Program-made: the position numbers and the translations under genes
Assembly: GCA_044223005.1 (NCBI GenBank)
Contig: JBGAML010000014.1
Coordinates: forward strand, 59,854-123,853
Direction: 5' to 3'
Source of the DNA: Candidatus Eiseniibacteriota bacterium
GTDB taxonomy: Bacteria; Eisenbacteria; RBG-16-71-46
Length of the DNA stretch: 64,000 nucleotides
Notes under the pieces: generated by a model
The model's database searches: none
Seen by the model: the letters and a program-made list of their open reading frames with translations, nothing else
Told to the model about the DNA's origin: nothing
In this document: in pieces, positions 19,289-29,036 of the stretch
How positions within the stretch are numbered: the stretch's first letter is position 1
Layout: each line of letters opens with the position of its first letter

Positions 19289-21106
19289 ATGCGACCGACC
19301 CGCACCCCCCACGTGCGCCACGCGGGCGACGTCCCCCGCGCACCCGCCTCCGTCGCGCCGCCCGATACGCGCGGCGTCGCGATCCTGCTCTTCGTGCTCG
19401 TCGTCGCCCGCGCGTTCGCGGTCGCGGCGCCGGGCGCGTGGGCCTGGGGCATCGACCTCGTGCGCTTCGTCCCGCCCGCACTCGGCTGGGGCGCGTGGCT
19501 CGTGACGGCGGCCGCGCTCCTGCCGGCGGTGGCGATGCCGCTCGTGCGCGCGGTCCCGGCGCGGCTCCCGGCGCCGCTGCTCGCCATGCTCGCCTTCGCG
19601 TTCGGCGCCGCGCTCGCCGCGAGCCTGCCCGACCGCACGAGCTTCCTCGGGGATTCGCTCATGCGCTCGGGCTTCGTGCTGGACGCGTTCCGGCGCGTGT
19701 TCCCGCAGGCGATGCCGCTCGACACGTGGCTGCACGGCCTGCTGCCCGCGACGCTGGGTGCGCGCTCGGCCGAGGACGTCGTGCGGATCGCGCGCGCGAG
19801 CGGCGCGCTCGAGAGCGGCCTGCTCGCCGCGGCTTCGGTCGCGTTCGCGCGCGCGAGCGGGGCGCGCGGCGCGGTCGCCGCCGCGACATGGGCGGCCGCG
19901 TTCCTGGGCGGCCACCTCGCGGTGTTCACCGGCTTCGGCAAGGGCACGTCCGAGTGTGCGCTCGTCGTCACGGCGTTCGCCGCGGCGTCGCTCTCGGTGT
20001 TGCGCGGCGGCCGCGGCCGGCTCGCGGCCGGAGGCGCGGTGGCGCTGGGGATACTGCTCCACCGCTCGATGGTGCTGCTGCTGCCCGCGCTCGCGTGGCT
20101 CGCGCTGCTGCCGCGCGGCGGCGATCGCCGCGGCTCGGCGCTCGATGCCGCGCGCACGCTCGCACTGCCGGTCGTGACGCTGCTCGTGCTGGCACCGCGG
20201 CTCGTGCGCACGTTCGCGACGTTCGACGTGCCGCATCACGTGCGCGGCGGCGCGATCGGGGCCGCGGGCGGACCACTCGCCGCGGCGTTCGCGCCGCTGC
20301 ACCTGCTCGACCTCGCCAACGCCGCGCTGCTCGTCGCACCGCTTGCGCCGCTCGCCCTGTTCGCGCTGCCCCGCCTGCGCCGCGGCGACCCCGACGCGGA
20401 CGCGGCCGCGTGGTTCGCGCTGCTCGTGGGGGCGTTCGCACCCATGGTGTGCTTCGCGCACCCGCAGCAGGGCGTCTACCGCGACTGGGACGTCTTCGTG
20501 CCCGCCGGCCTCACACTGACCCTGTGCGCCGCGTGGACGTTCGCGCGGCTCGCGGCCCGCGCGGGCGACGCGGCGCGGCTCGCGCCCGCCATCGCGGCCG
20601 CCGCGGCGATGCCCACGCTGCTCCTGCTCGCGATCGCGGCCGTTCCGGAACTCGGCATCGCGCGCGTGGTCGCGTACGCGGAAGGTCCGCCTGAACGCAG
20701 CGACACCGAGCGCGGGCTCGCGTACGAGTTCGTCGGCCAGCGCCACCTGCGGAACCGCGACTACGCCGCGGCCGCGGAAGCGCTGCGGCGATCGGTGGAG
20801 CTGCTGCCGCAGGTGCGGGCGCTGCACGAGTGGGCGCTCGCGGCGGCGCTCGGCGGCCATCACCACGAGGCGATGCGCGCGGCCGAGCGGCTCAACGAGC
20901 GCCAGCCGCAGAACCTCTTCGGCTGGGTCGTGCGCGTGCACAGCGCCGCGCACCTGCGCCAGCCGGACGCGCGCGACGCGGCGCTGGCGGGCCTGCGCAC
21001 GCAGCTCGCGCGCCCGGGCACGGCGGCGGAACTCGCGCGCCTGCGTGTGCAGTTCCCCGAGCTCTGGCCGCGCGAGGCCGACGCGCTGCTCGCACCCGCA
21101 CCCTGA
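19289..21106 (+). CDS. Multi-pass membrane protein with C-terminal TPR-like helices (possibly GT-C fold)
   Basis: Many hydrophobic segments, RDWDVF loop, C-terminal DYAAAAEALRRSVELLP repeat-like helices; start uncertain. Confidence 0.65.
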   Translation: MRPTRTPHVRHAGDVPRAPASVAPPDTRGVAILLFVLVVARAFAVAAPGAWAWGIDLVRFVPPALGWGAWLVTAAALLPAVAMPLVRAVPARLPAPLLAMLAFAFGAALAASLPDRTSFLGDSLMRSGFVLDAFRRVFPQAMPLDTWLHGLLPATLGARSAEDVVRIARASGALESGLLAAASVAFARASGARGAVAAATWAAAFLGGHLAVFTGFGKGTSECALVVTAFAAASLSVLRGGRGRLAAGGAVALGILLHRSMVLLLPALAWLALLPRGGDRRGSALDAARTLALPVVTLLVLAPRLVRTFATFDVPHHVRGGAIGAAGGPLAAAFAPLHLLDLANAALLVAPLAPLALFALPRLRRGDPDADAAAWFALLVGAFAPMVCFAHPQQGVYRDWDVFVPAGLTLTLCAAWTFARLAARAGDAARLAPAIAAAAAMPTLLLLAIAAVPELGIARVVAYAEGPPERSDTERGLAYEFVGQRHLRNRDYAAAAEALRRSVELLPQVRALHEWALAAALGGHHHEAMRAAERLNERQPQNLFGWVVRVHSAAHLRQPDARDAALAGLRTQLARPGTAAELARLRVQFPELWPREADALLAPAP

Positions 21107-21117
21107 GCCGCACGCGA

Positions 21118-21149
21118 ACGCCCCGGCGGCCGCGGGGCCGCCGGGGCGT
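21118..21149. terminator. Hairpin between convergent genes
   Basis: acgccccggcggcc-gcgg-ggccgccggggcgt. Confidence 0.55.
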
Positions 21150-21161
21150 CGGCCGGGCGCG

Positions 21162-23135
21162 TCAGTCGGCCAGCGTGCTCAGGTCGCCGGGGTCCTCGCC
21201 GAGCTCCTGGGCCTTGAGGTAGCGGCGCACGATCTTGCCGCTCCGGGTCTTGGGCAGGCTCGGCCGGATCTCGATATCCGACGGCTGCGCAATGGGTCCG
21301 AGGTCCTGCCTCACGTGATCCTTGAGGCTCCCGACGAGGCCGGGACCGGTCGTCGCGGTGGCCTTGAGCACGACGAACGCCTTGATCCGCTCGCCCTTGA
21401 TCGGGTCCGGCAGGCCGATCACCGCGCTCTCGGCGACGGCCGGGTGGCGCAGCAGCGAGCCCTCCACGTCCGCGGTGCCGATCCGGTGCCCGGCCACGTT
21501 GAGCACGTCGTCGGCGCGGCCGAGCACGGCGTAGTAGCCATCGTGGTCGCGCACCGCGATGTCGCCGGCCGTGTAACAGTCCGGCACCTGCTTCCAGTAG
21601 TGCTCGTAGCGCGCGTGGTCGTTCCACACCGTGCGCAGCATGTACGGCAGCGGCCGGCGCAGCACGAGCAGGCCGCCGTGGCCGTCGGGCAGCGGCTCGC
21701 CCTGCGGCGTCACGATGTCGGCGACCACGCCGGGCATGGGCTTGCCCACCTTGCCGGGACGCGCCTCGAACGTCGGCAGCGTGCCGAGCACGGGCGCGGC
21801 GATCTCGGTCTGCCACCAGTTGTCGACGATGAAGCCGCTCGACTGCCCGACGAGGTGCTTCTGCCCCCAGAGGTGCGCCTCGGGGTTCAGCGGCTCGCCC
21901 GCGCAGGCGATCAGCCGCAGGCGCGAGAGGTCGTAGCGCGCGGGCACTTCGCCGCCGTGGCTCATCCACATGCGCATCGCGGTCGGCGCGGTGAACATGA
22001 TGTTCACGCCGAAGCGCTCGCAGAGCTCCCACGTCACGTCGGGCGTCGGGTAGTCCGGCACGCCCTCGCGGCAGAAGATCGTGGCACCCACGGACAGCGG
22101 CCCGTAGACGATGAACGAGTGGCCGACGATCCAGCCGATGTCCGACGTGCTCCAGTAGATGTCGCGCTCGCCGATCTGGTAGAAGGCGCGCGCGAGGTAG
22201 GTCACGCCGACCAGGTAGCCGCCGGTCGCGTGCACGACACCCTTGGGGCGGCCGGTCGTGCCGGAGGTGTAGAGGATGAACAGCGGGTCCTCGGCGTCCA
22301 TGGCCTCGGGCTCGCAGTGGATCTCGCGCGACTGCTGGATGTCGTAGAAGTCGTGCTCGCGTTCGCTGTCGAACTGGTAGGGCGCGTCGCCGGGGCGCGA
22401 GCCGCGCCGGTGGACGATCACGTGCTCGACGGAGGCGAGGTCGCGGACGGCCTCGTCGATCGTGGGCTTGAGCGCGATCTTGCGGCCGCGCCGCCACGTG
22501 AAGTCGGAGCAGACGATCGCCTTGGCCCCCGAGTCCACGAGCCGCGAGCGCAGCGCCTCGGTGCCCATGCCCGCGAAGACGACCGAGTGGATCGCGCCGA
22601 TGCGCGCACACGCGAGCATGCTGATGATGCCTTCCGGCACGAGCGGCATGTAGAGGATCACGCGGTCGCCCTTGCCGATCCCGAGCCGCCGGAGCGCGTT
22701 GCCGAAGCGGTTCACCTCGCGGTAGAGCCGCCCGTACGTGTACGCCTGCTCCTCGCCGTCCTCGCCCACCCAGAGCAGCGCGGCCTTGTTGCGGCGGTCG
22801 CCGTAGACGTGGCGGTCGATGCAGTTCGTGCTCGCGTTGAGCTTGCCGCCGAGGAACCACGCGTGGCGCGGCGGCTCGAACTGGAGCACCTGCTTCCACG
22901 GCTCGAGCCAGTCGACCGCCTTCGCCTTCTCGGCCCAGAAACCCTCCGGGTCCTGCAGCGCGTGCATGCGCTCGACCGAGTCGTTGGGGAGCACCGCGTC
23001 GCGCGCGAGCGCGATCGGTGGCGGGATCACGTTCTCGTCCCGCGCGAGGCGCGAGATGGCGGCCTTCTGCGACTCGGTCAGGTCCAGGGCGGGTGCTCCG
23101 CTCCGGGGCGCGTCGGCTGCGGGGGTGTCGCTCAT
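21162..23135 (-). CDS. acs: Acetyl-CoA synthetase (AMP-forming)
   Basis: LYTSGTTGRPKG, DIGWIVGHS, VDNWWQTE, GRADDVLNVAGHR, PKTRSGKIVRR. Confidence 0.95.
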   Translation of the reverse strand: MSDTPAADAPRSGAPALDLTESQKAAISRLARDENVIPPPIALARDAVLPNDSVERMHALQDPEGFWAEKAKAVDWLEPWKQVLQFEPPRHAWFLGGKLNASTNCIDRHVYGDRRNKAALLWVGEDGEEQAYTYGRLYREVNRFGNALRRLGIGKGDRVILYMPLVPEGIISMLACARIGAIHSVVFAGMGTEALRSRLVDSGAKAIVCSDFTWRRGRKIALKPTIDEAVRDLASVEHVIVHRRGSRPGDAPYQFDSEREHDFYDIQQSREIHCEPEAMDAEDPLFILYTSGTTGRPKGVVHATGGYLVGVTYLARAFYQIGERDIYWSTSDIGWIVGHSFIVYGPLSVGATIFCREGVPDYPTPDVTWELCERFGVNIMFTAPTAMRMWMSHGGEVPARYDLSRLRLIACAGEPLNPEAHLWGQKHLVGQSSGFIVDNWWQTEIAAPVLGTLPTFEARPGKVGKPMPGVVADIVTPQGEPLPDGHGGLLVLRRPLPYMLRTVWNDHARYEHYWKQVPDCYTAGDIAVRDHDGYYAVLGRADDVLNVAGHRIGTADVEGSLLRHPAVAESAVIGLPDPIKGERIKAFVVLKATATTGPGLVGSLKDHVRQDLGPIAQPSDIEIRPSLPKTRSGKIVRRYLKAQELGEDPGDLSTLAD

Positions 23136-23373
23136 GACGGGTTCCCTCGTGGATTCGGGACTCGGGACTCGGATCCGCGTGCGGGCAGACTACTCCGCCC
23201 GGACGGCACCGGGGAGGCCGACGAAAGTGGTAGGCGCCCCGGGGGAGCCGGAGAACGGGCTCTAGCGGGCGGGCCGGGCTTCCGATAATTGTGGGCGATT
23301 CCCGCTCGGGCCGAAATGGTCGCCCGGATCGAGACGCGATCCGGTGCCCGGGGCGGTCCCCACAGGAGGAGCC

Positions 23374-24276
23374 GTGCGTCTCCCGAACTCGAAGTCCCTC
23401 CCCCGCATCGCCTCCCTCGTTCTCGCCGTCACGCTCGCCGTCACCGTGCTCGCTCCGGCCGCTCTCGCGAAGTCGGACGAGTGGGTGCCCGGCAAGTACC
23501 TCAACCAGGCGCTGGTCCGCGTCATGGCGAGCGTGCGCAAGATCACCGAGAAGACCAAGTACGGCCTGGACGACGCGAGCACGTGCTTCATCGGTGCCTA
23601 CGTCCTCGAGGGCAAGCAGGTCTCCTCGCGCATCCCGCTCACGGGCGGCACCGAGTACGCGTTCATCGGCGGCGGCGACGACGACGTGAAGGACATGGAC
23701 CTGTACCTCGTCGACAGCGACGGCGACGTGGTCGCGAAGGACGACGCCAAGGACTCGAACCCGGTGATCGTCTTCACGCCCAAGGAGGACGGCAAGTACA
23801 AGGTCGTCATGAAGCTCGCCAGCACGGGCACGAGCGGCAGCTTCCTGTGCTACGCGACGCTCCGCTCGGGCGGCTTCGACGTGCCGGTGAGCAACCTCGC
23901 CTCGGCCTCGGGCCGGCTGATCGCGCTCTGCCAGCGGATCAACGACAAGCTGGGCTGGGCCGCGTTCCACGACGGCGACGGCGAGCTCTGCCTGGTCGGC
24001 TCGATCATGAGCGAAGGCCAGACGCTGACGCAGGCGGGCTTCAACCTCGAGGATCGTCCCTACGCGTTCGTCGCGACCGCGGACGACCAGGCGGAGGACA
24101 TCGACCTCAAGGTGGCCGACGACGACGGCGACGTGGTCGCCGAGGACCAGGAGAAGGACGCGACGCCGATCGTGCTCTACTCCAAGGGCGGCACGGTCTC
24201 GATCAAGCTCGTCGACGCCAAGTCGAAGGGCGCTTCGCTCTGCCTCGCGGCCGCGGTGAAGCTCAAGAAGAGCTGA
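23374..24276 (+). CDS. Secreted protein with two acidic repeated beta-domains (PPC-like)
   Basis: AGGAGG RBS and GTG start; signal peptide ending ALA; internal duplication DMDLYLVDSDGDVVAKD / DIDLKVADDDGDVVAED. Confidence 0.8.
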   Translation: MRLPNSKSLPRIASLVLAVTLAVTVLAPAALAKSDEWVPGKYLNQALVRVMASVRKITEKTKYGLDDASTCFIGAYVLEGKQVSSRIPLTGGTEYAFIGGGDDDVKDMDLYLVDSDGDVVAKDDAKDSNPVIVFTPKEDGKYKVVMKLASTGTSGSFLCYATLRSGGFDVPVSNLASASGRLIALCQRINDKLGWAAFHDGDGELCLVGSIMSEGQTLTQAGFNLEDRPYAFVATADDQAEDIDLKVADDDGDVVAEDQEKDATPIVLYSKGGTVSIKLVDAKSKGASLCLAAAVKLKKS

Positions 24277-24298
24277 CGCACGCCGGATCCGGACACGC

Positions 24299-24326
24299 GA
24301 AGGCCCCGCCCTCGGGCGGGGCCTTC
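24299..24326. terminator. Hairpin between convergent genes
   Basis: gaaggccccgcc-ctcg-ggcggggccttc. Confidence 0.65.
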
Positions 24327-24340
24327 CGTCTTCCGGCGGG

Positions 24341-26383
24341 TCAGGCGAAGTACTCGGGCGCCGGCTTGTCCTGCAGCCAGTGGTCGAACCAGCGGCGGAT
24401 GTGCTGCTGGTTCTGCACGCGGCGCGACGGCACGCCGCTGCGCGAGAGTTCGTGGCTCTCGCCCGGGAAGCGCACCATGACGACGGGCTTGCGCTGGTGC
24501 ACCAGCCCGCGGAACATCGTCTCGCCCTGGCCGATCGGGCAGCGCCAGTCCTCCTCGCTGTGCAGGATCATGAGCGGCGTCTTCACGTTCGCGAGCCGCG
24601 AGGCCGGGGAACGCTCCGCGAACTCGGCCGGGTCCTCGTAGGGCGCGCGCCGGAACCAGGTCGGCGTGAAGAGCGCGAAGTCGCTCGAGTACCACATCGC
24701 CGCCCAGTCGGAGACGCAGCGCTGCGTGATCGCGGCACGGAAGCGGTCCGTGCGCGTCACGATCTCGTTGGTGAGCAGGCCGCCGCCGCTGCCGCCGGTG
24801 ACGCCCATGCGCGACTCGTCCACCCAGCCGCGCGCGATCAGCAGGTCGACGCCCGCCATCAGGTCCTTCACGTCGTCGCCCGGGTAGCGGTACTGGATGC
24901 AGTTCGCGAATTCCTGCCCGTAGGACGTGCTGCCGCGCGGGTTCGTGTAGAGCACCAGGTAACCGGCCGCCGCGAGCACGCGGAACTCGTGGAAGAACGC
25001 GAAGCCGTAGGGCACGTGCGGGCCGCCGTGAATCTGCAGCACGAGCGGGTAGCGCTTCGCCGGGTCGAACCCGGGCGGCTTCACGACCCAGCCCTGGATG
25101 CGCGTGCCGTCGAACGACTCGTACCACAGCTCCTCGACCTCGCCGAGGTCGGACTCGGCGAGCAGCGCGGTGTTGGAGGACGCGAGCAGCGTCGAATCGC
25201 CGCTCGCGAGATCCACCACGCGAATCTCGCCCGGCGTCGCGACGCTGCCGGCGAGGATCGCGGCGCGGCGGCCGTCCGCCGAGACCGTGCCCGCGATCAC
25301 GTCGCCCTGCGCGCCCGTGAGGTCGGTGCGCGCACCGGTCGCAGGATCGAGCGTGGCGAGCCGCGAGGCGCCCTGCCACGCGTACGAGAACACGGCGCGG
25401 CCGTCGGCGGTCCAGCCCAGCGGCAGCGCGCCGCCGCCGCGCGGCGGATGCTGGTCGCTCGAGAGCCCCTCGCCCACGGCGAGATCGGCGCCGGCCGTGA
25501 GCGTGCGCGCGGCGGTCATCGGCCACGCGCCCTCCAGCAGCAGCAGGTCGTTCTGGTCGTACGAGCGCACCGTCTCCGGGCGCTCGCCGCCCACGGCGAG
25601 CCAGCGGCCGCCCGGTCCCTCGGCGAACGCGGCGAGCGGGCCGCGGATGTCGGCGACGAGCGTCGTGCCCTGGCCGTCGACCGGCGCGGCGAGATCGGGC
25701 GAGACCGCGCGCAGGTCGTTGTCCTCGATCGGCACGCCGAACCACGGCTGCTCGCGGCGGTCGGTCGCGTACACGATCCAGCGGCCGTCGCGCGACCACT
25801 CGGGCGGGCCTTCCTTGAAGCGCGTGCCGGTCGTGAGCGCGCGCGGCTCGCCGCCCGCGAGGTCGACGACCCACACGTGGTCCATGTGCTCCGCGTCGAC
25901 GAAGCCCTCGTCGTTCCAGCGGAACTCCGGCTTCGTGACGATGCGTGCGGGCTCGTGCTTGGGCTTCTGGCGGTCCTTCACGTCGACGGCCGGGTTGTGG
26001 CCCGAGAGGAACGCGAGGCGCGTGCCGTCGGGCGACCACGCGGGCGACGACGCGCCGCCCTCGAGGTTCGTGAGCGCGCGGGCCTCGCCGCCGCCCAGCG
26101 GCAGCACGTGGAGCTGCGGCTTCGCCTTCGCGTCGGCGCGGCGCACGAACGCCAGCGAGCGCCCGTCGGGCGACCAGCGCAGCTGGCTGTCGCGGCCACC
26201 GAACGTGAGCGGTCGCGGCTCCGCTGCCCGTCCCGGCGCGGGCACGTCCGCGATCCACAGGTTCGTGCGGTACTCGTCCTCCTCGGCGTCGATCGTCACC
26301 CGCGTCCACGCGACGCGCGTGCCGTCGGGCGAAATCCGCGGATCGGCCAGCCACTCGAAGCGCAGCAGGTCTTCTTCACGCAT
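24341..26383 (-). CDS. S9 family prolyl oligopeptidase / acylaminoacyl peptidase
   Basis: WSPDG beta-propeller repeats, IHGGPH, NPRGS..YG, nucleophile GGSGGG, D..C and ESHEL. Confidence 0.93.
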   Translation of the reverse strand: MREEDLLRFEWLADPRISPDGTRVAWTRVTIDAEEDEYRTNLWIADVPAPGRAAEPRPLTFGGRDSQLRWSPDGRSLAFVRRADAKAKPQLHVLPLGGGEARALTNLEGGASSPAWSPDGTRLAFLSGHNPAVDVKDRQKPKHEPARIVTKPEFRWNDEGFVDAEHMDHVWVVDLAGGEPRALTTGTRFKEGPPEWSRDGRWIVYATDRREQPWFGVPIEDNDLRAVSPDLAAPVDGQGTTLVADIRGPLAAFAEGPGGRWLAVGGERPETVRSYDQNDLLLLEGAWPMTAARTLTAGADLAVGEGLSSDQHPPRGGGALPLGWTADGRAVFSYAWQGASRLATLDPATGARTDLTGAQGDVIAGTVSADGRRAAILAGSVATPGEIRVVDLASGDSTLLASSNTALLAESDLGEVEELWYESFDGTRIQGWVVKPPGFDPAKRYPLVLQIHGGPHVPYGFAFFHEFRVLAAAGYLVLYTNPRGSTSYGQEFANCIQYRYPGDDVKDLMAGVDLLIARGWVDESRMGVTGGSGGGLLTNEIVTRTDRFRAAITQRCVSDWAAMWYSSDFALFTPTWFRRAPYEDPAEFAERSPASRLANVKTPLMILHSEEDWRCPIGQGETMFRGLVHQRKPVVMVRFPGESHELSRSGVPSRRVQNQQHIRRWFDHWLQDKPAPEYFA

Positions 26384-26906
26384 GCGACTCTCCGTCCGGC
26401 GTTCCGGGTGCGCCCGAGAGCGCCTCCTCGAGCAACGCCCGCAGGTCGAGCGGCTCGGTGACCATCTGCAGGCCACCGTCCGCGTGCCGGCGCCACGACT
26501 CGCGTGGCGTGTCGGCGGTGAGTTCGAGGCCGTTCCCGTCCGGGTCGGCCAGGTAGAGCGAGATGCAGACGCCGTGGTCCGACGCGCCGTGCAGCCGCAC
26601 GCCGCGATCGAGCACGCGCTTCAGCGCACGGCCGAGCGAGGCGCGGTCGGGGTAGCGGATCGCGACGTGGTGCAGGCCGGTCGCGTGCTTCGGCGGCCGC
26701 GAGCCGCCCTTGCTGTCCCACGTGTTGAGCCCGACGTGATGGTGGTAGCCGCCGGCCGAAAGGAACGCCGACTCGTCGCCGAAGCGCGCCGTCAGCTCGA
26801 ACCCCAGTACGTCGCGATAGAACGCGATCGCGCCCTCGAGGTCCGAGACCTTGAGATGCACGTGGCCGATGCCGGCGCCCGCGGGAAGCACGTACTCCTG
26901 AGCCAT
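26376..26906 (-). CDS. VOC/glyoxalase family protein (CatE-like)
   Basis: IGHVHLKVSDL, GGYHHHVGLNTW, GLHHVAI, ASDHGV..SLYLADPDGNGLEL. Confidence 0.9.
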   Translation of the reverse strand: MAQEYVLPAGAGIGHVHLKVSDLEGAIAFYRDVLGFELTARFGDESAFLSAGGYHHHVGLNTWDSKGGSRPPKHATGLHHVAIRYPDRASLGRALKRVLDRGVRLHGASDHGVCISLYLADPDGNGLELTADTPRESWRRHADGGLQMVTEPLDLRALLEEALSGAPGTPDGESHA

Positions 26907-27090
26907 GCGCGCACCGTAGCGCGCCGCGTCGCGCGCGGCCAGCGGCGCCCCTGCGCGAAGCGACGGACGCCGCCCGGCGTCCTCCGGGTGCGCCGGGCTG
27001 GCGCGCCGGGCGGAGCTCCGCGTATGTTCCGCGCATGGATCGTCGCCGCCCGCGTCCCGTGCCATTCGCGCCGGGAGCGCCCGCCACCGC

Positions 27091-27996
27091 ATGAACGAAT
27101 CCCCGGCCGCCGCGCGGCGCGGTGGCGGCCCGCTGCCGCTCGTCGCGTTCTCGATCTGCACCGCGATCTGGGGCAGCACGTTCCTGTTCATCCGGATCGG
27201 CAACGACACTCTGCCGCCCGTGTGGGGCGCCACGCTCCGGCTCGCGCTCGCGTCGGTGGTGCTCGGCGCGATCGCACTCGCGACGCGCCAGCCCTGGCCG
27301 ACGCCCGCGCAGCGGAACGCCGCGCTGTGGTTCGGGGTCGTCGACTTCGGGATCAGCCTGCCGCTTCTCTACTGGGGCGAGAAGGCCGTGCCTTCGGCGG
27401 TGGCCGCGATCCTCTACGCCACCATGCCGCTCCTGACGGCCGCGATGGCGCACGCCTTCGGGCTCGAGCGCATCCGCCCGCTCAAGGTCCTGGCCGGCGC
27501 GGTGGGACTGGCCGGCGTGTGGATACTCGTCGCCGGCGAACTGGGCGGGCACCTGCCGCCGCTGCCGCTGCTCTCGGTGTTCCTCGGCGCGGTGACCGCG
27601 GCGCTGGCCGGCGTACTGCTCAAGCGCGCCCCCGGCGGCAGCCCCGTCGTCACCAACGCGATCGCGCACGCGGTCGCGGTCCCCTTCTGCCTCGCGATCT
27701 CGCTCGTGCTGCGCGAGCGGATCGCGCTCCCGGCGAGCGCGATCGCGTGGATGCCGATCCTCTACCTCACGATCTTCGGCTCGGTGGTCGCATTCGTCGC
27801 CGTGGCGTGGCTGATCCAGCGCTGGAGCATCGTGCGGATCAGCTTCGTGTCGGTGATCACGCCCGTCATCGCCACCGCGCTCGGCGCGCTGGTGCGGCAC
27901 GAGCGGCTTTCGCCCGCGGCGTTCGCGGGCGCGATCGTGGTGCTGCTCGCGGTCGGGCTCGCGATCGCCAGCGACGCGCGCGCCGCGACGCGCTGA
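27091..27996 (+). CDS. EamA/DMT family transporter
   Basis: IWGSTFLFI start, about 10 TM segments in two repeats, YLTIFGS. Confidence 0.9.
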   Translation: MNESPAAARRGGGPLPLVAFSICTAIWGSTFLFIRIGNDTLPPVWGATLRLALASVVLGAIALATRQPWPTPAQRNAALWFGVVDFGISLPLLYWGEKAVPSAVAAILYATMPLLTAAMAHAFGLERIRPLKVLAGAVGLAGVWILVAGELGGHLPPLPLLSVFLGAVTAALAGVLLKRAPGGSPVVTNAIAHAVAVPFCLAISLVLRERIALPASAIAWMPILYLTIFGSVVAFVAVAWLIQRWSIVRISFVSVITPVIATALGALVRHERLSPAAFAGAIVVLLAVGLAIASDARAATR

Positions 27997-28006
27997 CCCC
28001 CGGCCG

Positions 28007-28924
28007 CTAGGCGGGCGGCAGGCCCCACGCCGCGCGCACGTCGCGCAACGCCACGATGCCGGCGCGCGCCTCGGCGGCGGCGATCGGCCCCGCGAGCGTG
28101 GCCGCGAACTCCGCGAGCGGCTGGTCGGTGAGGATCTCGATCGTCTCGCGGTCGTCGTCGGCGTGCGCGGGTAGCTTGCGGCGCACGTCGAGTACGCGCG
28201 GCGGATCGGCCGCGGCCGCGAGCCGCGCGAGCGCGCCGGCCACGGCGTCGAGCGCCTCGCCCTCGGCGTCCGCCAGCGCGCCCGCCCAGAACTCCGCGGT
28301 CGCGGCGAACGCCATCGGCGACGACGGCCGCATCGCCGCGAGTGCCACGCGGCCCGACTCGGGCAGCAGCGCCCAGCCTTCGCGCAGCAGCGGCAGTACG
28401 CGCCGGTCGCCCAGTTCGAGCAGGCCCAGGAGCAGGCCGACGCGCGTGCCCTCGTCCTCGGCGTGCTCGGCCATGCGCAGCACGGCGCGCGGCCCCGAGA
28501 GCGGCTCGCCGTTCTCGAGCGGCGCGAGCGTCGCGTAGGAACCCGCGGCGAGCGCGACCAGCGACGCGTCCGGCTCGTGCTGCAGGAACGGCAGCAGGGC
28601 CGGCACCGGCGTCCCGCCTTCCTCGACCGCGGACGTCACGCGCTCGAGCAGGTCGAGCCGCTCGCGCGGCTCGACGCGCGCGGCCACGTGCGGGTAGAGC
28701 TCGCCCAGCGCCTCGGCGGCGCCCGCGTCGCCCGAATGCGCGAAGAACAGGCACTGCTGGAACACGATCAGCAGCAGCGTGTCCTCGTCGAGCGCCGGCC
28801 AGCGCGAGGGGTCGGCCGCGATCGCGGACAGTTCGTGCAGCCAGCCGGCGTCGGCGGCACCGGCAACAGCGCCGCCGGATTTGGGGCGGGCGCCGTGCGG
28901 ACGGCCGCGGCGATGTCGAGGCAT
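28007..28924 (-). CDS. Hypothetical alpha-helical (HEAT-like) protein
   Basis: Credible composition and codon bias; fills gap between convergent and divergent neighbours. Confidence 0.65.
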   Translation of the reverse strand: MPRHRRGRPHGARPKSGGAVAGAADAGWLHELSAIAADPSRWPALDEDTLLLIVFQQCLFFAHSGDAGAAEALGELYPHVAARVEPRERLDLLERVTSAVEEGGTPVPALLPFLQHEPDASLVALAAGSYATLAPLENGEPLSGPRAVLRMAEHAEDEGTRVGLLLGLLELGDRRVLPLLREGWALLPESGRVALAAMRPSSPMAFAATAEFWAGALADAEGEALDAVAGALARLAAAADPPRVLDVRRKLPAHADDDRETIEILTDQPLAEFAATLAGPIAAAEARAGIVALRDVRAAWGLPPA

Positions 28925-29036
28925 GGTCAGGACCTTTCGGGATCGGCGACGCGCGGGTCACATCCCGCATCGGAAGGGCGTACCCTGCGCGCCGCGAGCC
29001 GCGGGGACCCGAACGTCGAGGGCGATCGTGATCGAA

